Part shown: positions 29,501 to 38,500 of the stretch, piece by piece
How positions within the stretch are numbered: position 1 is the stretch's first letter
Layout of the letters: every line of letters starts with the position of its first letter
Virus record (IMG/VR): IMGVR_UViG_3300030333_001711
DNA length: 64,000 bases
Direction: 5' to 3' (one strand)
From: an uncultured virus (IMG/VR IMGVR_UViG_3300030333_001711)
Lineage: Duplodnaviria > Heunggongvirae > Uroviricota > Caudoviricetes
Position numbers and translations under genes: made by a program
Notes under the pieces: generated by a model
What the model saw: the letters and a program-made list of their open reading frames with translations, nothing else
Told to the model about the DNA's origin: nothing
The model's database searches: none

Positions 29501-32500
29501 TCACGTTGATGGTGAAGTAGCACAAACAATATACGCATTTAACAAAGCACGTGATTTAGCGATACAGTGTATCCGCAATGAAGTTATTAATACAACTACC
29601 ACTAATCTACCTCAATATAGAGATCCTACTATCACAGAAGAGTTTGCTGTTATAAGCAATAGTCACGGTGATGCAAGAGATTTAATTCTTGCTAATAAAT
29701 GGTTCATTGCATATGAAGCATTACATTATGCTAAAACACAAAATCCAGGATATAACGTATCAGGTGGAGATGTTCATTGTTTATCTGATATTGTTGATGT
29801 TCTTGAAGCGATGGTTTATAACTTAGCACACGGTGGTAATAACTTTGTATATAAAGCAACTAAGAAAACTCTACAGTATGGTGTAACATCTGGTGATAGA
29901 GATACTATTGTAGATGCTTTTACTAAGGCAAGAGATATTGCTATTGAAGTAATGAGAAATAATGCTTGGACAAAAGCAGGATCTCATAACTGGAATCAAG
30001 TAACTGATACATCTATAACCGCTGATCCTGCAAACCCAACTTGTCAGGCAGTTGCATCAGCAATTACTACACTAATGAATATTTTGATTACTAATCTTGG
30101 ATCAACTGCATCTCCAGGAACAGTAGCAGCATTTGAAGCAGCAGTAACTGAGACTGCACCTTCTGGAGCGTATGCAGGATATACTAACAGTTGTGTTAAT
30201 CAGGCAAATGCTATAACATCCTATATGAGAATCATTACTGATACTCTAGAGGATCCTACAGGTGGCACTCCTGCAACATATCAGTGGGCAATTACTAATG
30301 TACCTCGTGTTCTTCCTCCTTATGCTTTTGTGGATGGAGAAACTTTACGTTGTGCTAAACACGCTTATAGAGATAAATCATCTGGTGGATTCTTTGTATT
30401 TGGTGATACTGTAAGAGCAGTTACATCAGGTGCAACATATGATGTTATTGGATCTAATGCAGGTAACAAGTGGATCTTCTCTAAACAGATTAGTGGTGTA
30501 TTACAAGCAGGTGAGTACATAACCAACTCTAAACTTACATATGCAAACGTATCTCAAGATAAATTAACATTTAAAACTGATTCTGGTTCACTTAGATTTA
30601 CTGGATCTGGTTCATATGCTACTTTCCCATCAAGTAATGCTGTATTATTTGGTGATGGAGCAGATGCTGCTACTGGTGACTATACAATGGAATTATGGAT
30701 ACGTCCTGCTTCTGTTACTGGCACACAGAGACTTATTGATCTTAGAGAGTCATCTTCTGACACTAAGTTAGGTATATTGATGTCTGGTCAGTCACTTCGC
30801 TTATCTATAGGTGCTAGTGATGTAATTACTGTTAGTTCTGCTATTACTACAATCAATAACTGGTATCATATTGCAGTATCTCGTTCTACAAGTGTTACTA
30901 AACTGTTTGTAAATGGTCAGCAGATGGGTACATACACTGATACAAACAATTATAATGCAAATAGTAAGATTACTGTTGGTGCAGGATGGAACAATGGTAA
31001 TCCTTTCAATGGTTGGATTGATAATCTTATAATCCGCAAAGGAATTTCCCAGTACAATAGTAGTTTTACTCCCCCTATTATCTTTAACGATAGTACAGAT
31101 GTATCATTCGCACTTCTTGGTGAAGCACCATTCCCTATGGAACAGAGTGCAGTATATGCAACATACGTTAATCATATAATATCTACTGCTACTGCTGATG
31201 AAGTTGAGCTATGGCGTTCTGAACTTACAACTGAAGGTGTTGATCTTAGTCGTGAAGAATATAGAATATGTGCTGAAGTTATACGTAAGAATATTGACTA
31301 TATTGCTGAAGAAGCAGTTGGTCGTCTTAAGTATAGATACCCTGATTTTGTCATCCCTGGTGATGGTGGTATGAGTGGTTATGGATCTAATGTTTGTCTA
31401 CGTGATACTAAATCATATATTATTCCTGCTATAATTGACGATCTTATATCAGGTGGTAACTTCCAAACAACCATTGTTGGTCGTGCTTACATTGAAGGAT
31501 CTGGTGCATTACAACATATTGGTGGTGAGCAATTACAATCAATCTATACTTGGAGAGAAGTTGCAAAACTTTGTATTGATGTAATTACATTAGATGAAGC
31601 AGATTTAGAAGGAACTTATTCAACTAAAGTTCGTGTTCCTAATTATTTTGCATCTCCTGCATCTTCACAGATACAAACTGATATTATGACTCTTGTAGAT
31701 GATCTATTAGATGTTATAGGTCCTACAGGTCATAGATTTAGAGATGGTGCTGATTTAATTTACTTTAATAGAAAAGCAATCGCTGATGAAGCAGTATATT
31801 ATATTGAAAACAAATATCAAGTACAAGTTGGTTTCTCAACAGTAAATAAACTAACAATACCTAATAGAGCAAAATGTGTAAGAGATATTAGAGATCATAT
31901 ACTTCCTGCTATTGCAGGTGACTTGGTTACAGGTGGTAACTTTGAAACTCAAGCAATGATTGATAGTTATCTCGATAATGAGACTAATATCAATTATATT
32001 GAAGATGAATTGCTTGCAATGATTGATGCGATTGAATATGCTAAGAAGTTAGCACAAAAAGCAATACAAGGTTTATTAATTGGTAGAAATGAGAACCCTG
32101 CTCAAGTCGCTGCTGATTTCTCTGATTACTATCAGATGTTATACACAGATGAGTCTGTTTATCGTGACGATACTATTACAATAGATCCTAAAGCATATAC
32201 TGGATCTGATAGAGATCTTGACGCTGCAAATCTTTTACAGCAAAATGCTAAGACCATTGCAGGTGAAGCAGTTGATATTCTAACTAAAACATCGTTTGCA
32301 CAATCTAAGAAGTTTAGAGTTCCAGGTGGTAAAGTTAACTGTGAAGATGATATTGTTGACATCATCGAATCTGTAGCACACGATTTACGTTTTGGTGGTA
32401 ACAGCGAGACATATGATGCTGCTGCTTTATACTTAAATACTGATTTAGCATTAAGTCACGTAACTAATCAATCTGATGAGACAATCTATGCGTTTAAGTT

Positions 32501-35500
32501 AGCAAGAGATATGTCAATCCTAACCATCAGAAACCGTTTAGGGTTTACTCCCTATGAGAGTGAGGCAGCAACAGGTGGATTAGGACAAGCAATACAGAGA
32601 CCTGATTACTATAATAATGCTACAACCAATGGTTACTATGATGCTGCAAATGAAATTGAAAATAATATAAGATTTATCGCTACAACTGCTGTTGGTCGTG
32701 GTATGTCTCAGTATCCTAATTTGGCATTCTCTGGTGGTTATAATTATCAGTCTTGTGTTGATGACGTTGTAGATTTACTTGAAGCATTAGTATTCAACTT
32801 AAAGCACGGTGGTAACAACCGTATGTGGTATTCAAGTGAGTTCTATATTACAGTTGGAAATGCTATACAGCATATTAGTAACCAAGCAGCAGAAGTTAAA
32901 TATATCTTTGAACAAGCAAGAGATATTGCAATACAAATAATGAGACAGCAGATTGTTACAATTAATGGTGTAACAGAAGGAAGTGCAATATATGATTCTA
33001 GTATTACTATTGATGGTACTAATACAACAGTTGGTAACTTAACTCCAACAAATGTAGAATACTTCCCAACTACAGGTAATTTAAGACTTACTGTTAATGG
33101 TCATAACTTAACTACAAGTGATAGTATTCAACTTGCTCAAAACTCATTAACATTTACTTGTGATTTTGATGGTAATGCAACAAACCATACATATCCAAGA
33201 CCATTAGATCCTTCTAGCGGTGCTTTATTACCAGTTACAGCATTTACTACAAATACATTTACAGTAAATGTAGGAACTACTGCTAACGGAACTCACGATG
33301 TTACTGATGCAATATATGAAGAAGCAACTGGTAATCTATTCTTAGATATTGGTACAAATAATCTTAATGTTGGAAGACATATTAAGTTCTCTCAAGATTA
33401 TGCAATAACATTTACTTGCACAAAAGATGGTAATACTACTAACCACGCATATCCTCGTCCTACTGACTATGCTAGTGGTAAATCATTAGAAGTTTTAGAA
33501 ATTAGTGATTCTGCGTTTACAGCAACAGGAGCAACATATTCACCTACTACTGGTGCTATGACCCTGACTGTTCCTCAACACGGATTTAGTAATGGTGATC
33601 AGATAAGACTTGTTAATAATTCATTGAACTTCACTTGTACAATGGATAACAACTATAGTGTACATTCTTATCCTCGTGCTAGTGATCCTGCATCAAACCA
33701 GTATCTAACAATCAGCAACGTTGCTACAAATACTTTTGATGTAAACGTTGGTTCTACAAATACTCTAAATTATACTCCATCAAATGTTGTTTACAGTCCT
33801 ACTACAGGAGATATGGTTATCACAATCGGTAATCACAGTCTTGTTCCTGGATCACACATTAAGATTGCTGATAATTCATTAATATTTACTTGTTTAGAAG
33901 ATAATAATGCTACTGAGCATTCATATCCTAGAACAACAACTACAATACATCAGAGCACTGCTGCTGTATATGAACCTACTACAGGTATGATGCAGTTGAC
34001 TGTTCCTCAACACGGATTTGCGAATGGTGATCAAATTAAGATTGCAACTGATTCTCTAACATTTACTTGTGGTCAAGATAACAATCAAACAAATCATACA
34101 TATCCACGTGCTACTGACCCTGCTGCTAATTCTTGGTTAGAAATTTCAGATGTAACTGCAAATACATTTAAAGTTCAAGTTTTATTATCTACTGGAATAC
34201 CTTCAACAAATACAACACCACACACATATGTTTCTTCTGCTACAAATAATATTACTTGGAAGAAAGATAGAGCATATGATGTTCCTTTAGAAGTAAAAGC
34301 AGTTGGTCAAACAACTATTACAGTTAATGTTTTAGCATCTGGAAGAATCCCATCTACTAACGTAACTACTCATACATTTGTAAATGCTGCAACAAATGCA
34401 ATAAGTGCAGGTGGAAATTACACTCATACATTCATATCTGCTGCACCTGGAGGTGTTAGATTTAAGAATGGACGTATTAAGGTTAATGTAAACCCTGCAC
34501 CTACAAACGAACAATATCCACATACATTTGTAAGTGCTGTTTCTGGTGCTGTATCTTATGGTGGTAATCATCCTCACAACTTTGTAAGTGCTAATACTAA
34601 TGCTATAACCTTTATTATTGGTGGTGGTGGAGTTCGTTGTGTAAATGAAGCAGCGTCTATAACAACATTAATGGGTATTCCTATCAATCTATTTGATAGT
34701 AGTAATACAAGTAATCCTACAGCATATCTAAATGGAATTACGAGAACATTACCACTCGAATGGCCACTTACAGGTGAACGTGCTATTAGACGTGACGTTT
34801 CTATAACTTACGATTCAGCAGGTAACGGAAACTGCACCACACAGAGTTCAGCGATTAATACCCTTTGGGAGATACTTATTAATACTATTGATACTGCTGC
34901 TCAAGGAAATGGTAGTCATCTTGCAACTATAACCAGAACTGCACCTGTCACTAACAACACTGTATATAAAGGTGGAACTTGTTACGATGTCACATCTGCT
35001 GCACACGTACTATTCAAGACACTTCTTCACGGTCTTGGAAGTGGCACAGAGATGTATAAACAATCTGCAAGATTATTAATATACAATGACACATATACTC
35101 GATTAGAATCATATGAGAAAACTTTAAATCAATATCCTGGTTATGCAGGAGATGCTTCGTTTGCTGAACCAATACAAAAAGCGATTGTATATGACTTCAT
35201 TACAAATGGTAATGCTAGGACTTTACAATTAGTTAACTCTTGGTTTGATGCTGATGGTAATTTCGTAGCATACCCAACACTCTTTAGAACTCGTCTTCTT
35301 TATCACGCAAGAATGATTAAAGAGTTGATGGATCATATCTTAAAAGGAACTGCACCTGATCCTGGTGTAAATGCTAACCAACCTCTTTATTCACTTGATG
35401 GAACTAATCCTGATAGAGAATTACGTCCTACTGCGACTGCATCTCATAAGTTACATCAATTATTCCACTTAATATTAACTGCGTTACAATACTCACAATT

Positions 35501-38500
35501 CCCAACAACATACCTAAGAACACAATTTGACGCAGGTGTTGCTGTTTATGATGGAGTTATTAATGTTGCTAATAACTTTGAACCATATGATAGAGTTGCT
35601 TATATTGTTCTAGGATCTAATATTCCAGAACTTGATGGAACAACCTATTATGTACATCCTAATTCAACATCTAATAAGATAGTTCTTACAGAATATATTG
35701 ATGGAGAACCAATATATCTAAGTCCAGGTCTAGCATCACAGTTACATACACTCGCTGTTGAAGTAGATCCAGGTGTAGATCGTGTACCTACAACTTATGG
35801 AACACGTGATGTACCAACACCAATCAAAGCAGGTTTCAACCTTGCTGATGTTATCTACGGTGGAACATCTGGTGCTACTGCTCAGATAGTTCGTATGGAA
35901 GATAATTTAGCAGATATTATGTATCAGGCAAAATATATGACCTGTAATACATTCTCTGCACAAGGTGGTGGAACTGGAATCAAGATTCAGAATGGTGAGA
36001 CAGTTGTTGTTCAAGGTGCTACTCAAAATACTGGTAAGGTTCTTGCTACTGATAACGAGACATATATTAAGTTGATTGATTACAATGGAACATTTACAGC
36101 AGGTGATACTATAGAAGGTGTTACATCTGGTGGTACTTGTACATTTGCTGATGAGCACGATAGACTTCTTGTTAATTTCCGTCAGGGTGAATTTATTGCA
36201 ACTGATAAGTTCTTCTCTACAGATACTGGATCTAAAGCAACTGCTCTAATTGTTAGAAACAATAACGGTGCACTAATTGATAATCAGAGTGGTAGAATCA
36301 CTTACGACATCACCACAGTAACTGGAGAGTTTAAACCCCAAGATGTTATCTATGGATCTGTTACTGATCAAATTATTGAAATTGAATCTTTTGTTACTCT
36401 ACCTAATTTTGGTGAGTATGTACACGGTAGACAAATTACAAGACTTACATATGTTCAGTTAATTACTGATACAGGTGTTACTGATACATTTAATGTTGGT
36501 GATGTATTACAGGTTCAATCTGGTGGTATTAGTATTGGTTGGACAGTGACTGTTACTGAGATTGATACAAATAATAATTACGTATTTGTTGCAAATGAAA
36601 CTGGAACTCCAGAAGGTGTAACTATTTCTGATATTGCAAGTAATTCACAATATCAACTTGCTAAAGTACCAGTTGGAACTCTATTCCCATCCGTATATAC
36701 AGGAGTTGCAGCAGTTACAATAACAGATACAACAGCATACGGTAAGATTGCTAAGATTACACAGTTTGGTACTCGTGCTGTTCTCCACTTAGAAGGAACA
36801 AGTGGAACATTCCAGAAGAACTCACAAATTATTGGAGACAATGGTTTCAAAGGTGCTTGTTCATCTGCTAGATCTTTAAGAGGTAGAGTACGTAGATTCT
36901 TTAGAGGATTTGATGGTGTACAAAAGGCATTTAAACTAACTCAAGGAAATGGTACACAATACTTCCCAGATCCCGCAGGACATATGATGATCTTTGTGAA
37001 TGGTATCTTACAACCACCTGGTGCTGACTACGCATTCACAGCATTCTCAGATAACATACAGTTTACTGAAGCACCTGCTATAGGATCAACTTTCCACGGT
37101 GTATATAAAGGTAAGTTAAGACAATTAGATGATATATCATTCGACTTTGATTCATTACGTAACTCATTCAACTTAAAGTTAAATGGAGTGTTCTACTCAT
37201 TGACTTTAACTGATGGTGTACAATCAAATACAATCTTACCTGAGAACAATATTATTTGTCAGTTAAATGGTGTTATACAGGAACCTGGAATTGGTTTTGA
37301 AATTGTTGGTTCTAGAATTATCTTCTCTGAAGTTCCTCGTGCAGGTTCAACCTTCGTTGCATTCTCTTATGTTGGTTCTGATGTTGACGTTATTGCAGCA
37401 ACAGTTGTACCACCTATTGAAGCAGGTGATGAACTTATCATTGATGGTGAGGAAGAAACAAGAACAGTTGCTCTTATTGAATCATCTAACTCTCTAATTA
37501 CATTTGAGTATGGTGGAGCAGTTAAAGGACGTAATGCTTCTGCACTTGCTGAAATTGAAAAAGGACGTATTACCAATGCGATATTAACAAACTCTGGTGA
37601 TGGTTATAGTACAAGACCACAAGTTGATGTTATATCTTCAACAGGATTTGGTGGACGTATTAAGGCACTTGTTGGTGTAGCAAGAATTGATGTTAAGAAC
37701 GCAGGTCAAGGATATTCATTACCTACTATTGTTGCAAATACAACTGTTGCAGATGATTTCTTAGGACCTACAGGACCTGCATTAAATGGTGGTATTGATA
37801 TTTACGATCCTAACTTCATACCTGTAACAGGTGGTACTGGAGTCATAGAGAACTTTATAACAATAACTGAATCACCTAGAAATATTACTGTTAACCAAGG
37901 TCAGACTGCTACATTCCAAGTTGCAGCAAAAGTAACAATATCTAATGTTGTTGCTTATCAAATTAATGTTGCTGATAAGTCTGTTAACCATCCTTACTAT
38001 GGTCAAGGATCTGGAAAAGGTTATAACTTTACTGGTGGTCAATTTAATTCAAGCACTGAAGCACCAACACTTGTATTTGTTCGTGGAGCAACATATCAGT
38101 TTAATCAAAACGATGTTACCAATGCTACTCACGCACTTTACTTTAGTGAAGATGCTACTGCTTATGGTGGCAATAGTAGATATGAGACTGGTGTTGTATA
38201 TCGTCTTAACGGTAATCAAGTTGCAGACTACGCAACATATGCTGCGGGATTTAATGCTGCTACAACACGTAGTGTTAGCATTACAGTCGCTGCTGATGCT
38301 CCTGCTACTCTTAATTACGTATGTGGTAATCATCAGTATATGGGTTCAGCAATTAACGTTAACAACGGAACTCTTTCATATCAGTGGCAGAAAAAAGATT
38401 ATGGAACATCAAGTTGGAACAATATCACTGGAGCAATTAGTTCTACATATACAACTGCTGCTACTACACAGGCAGATACAAATGATGAATATCGTGTTGG

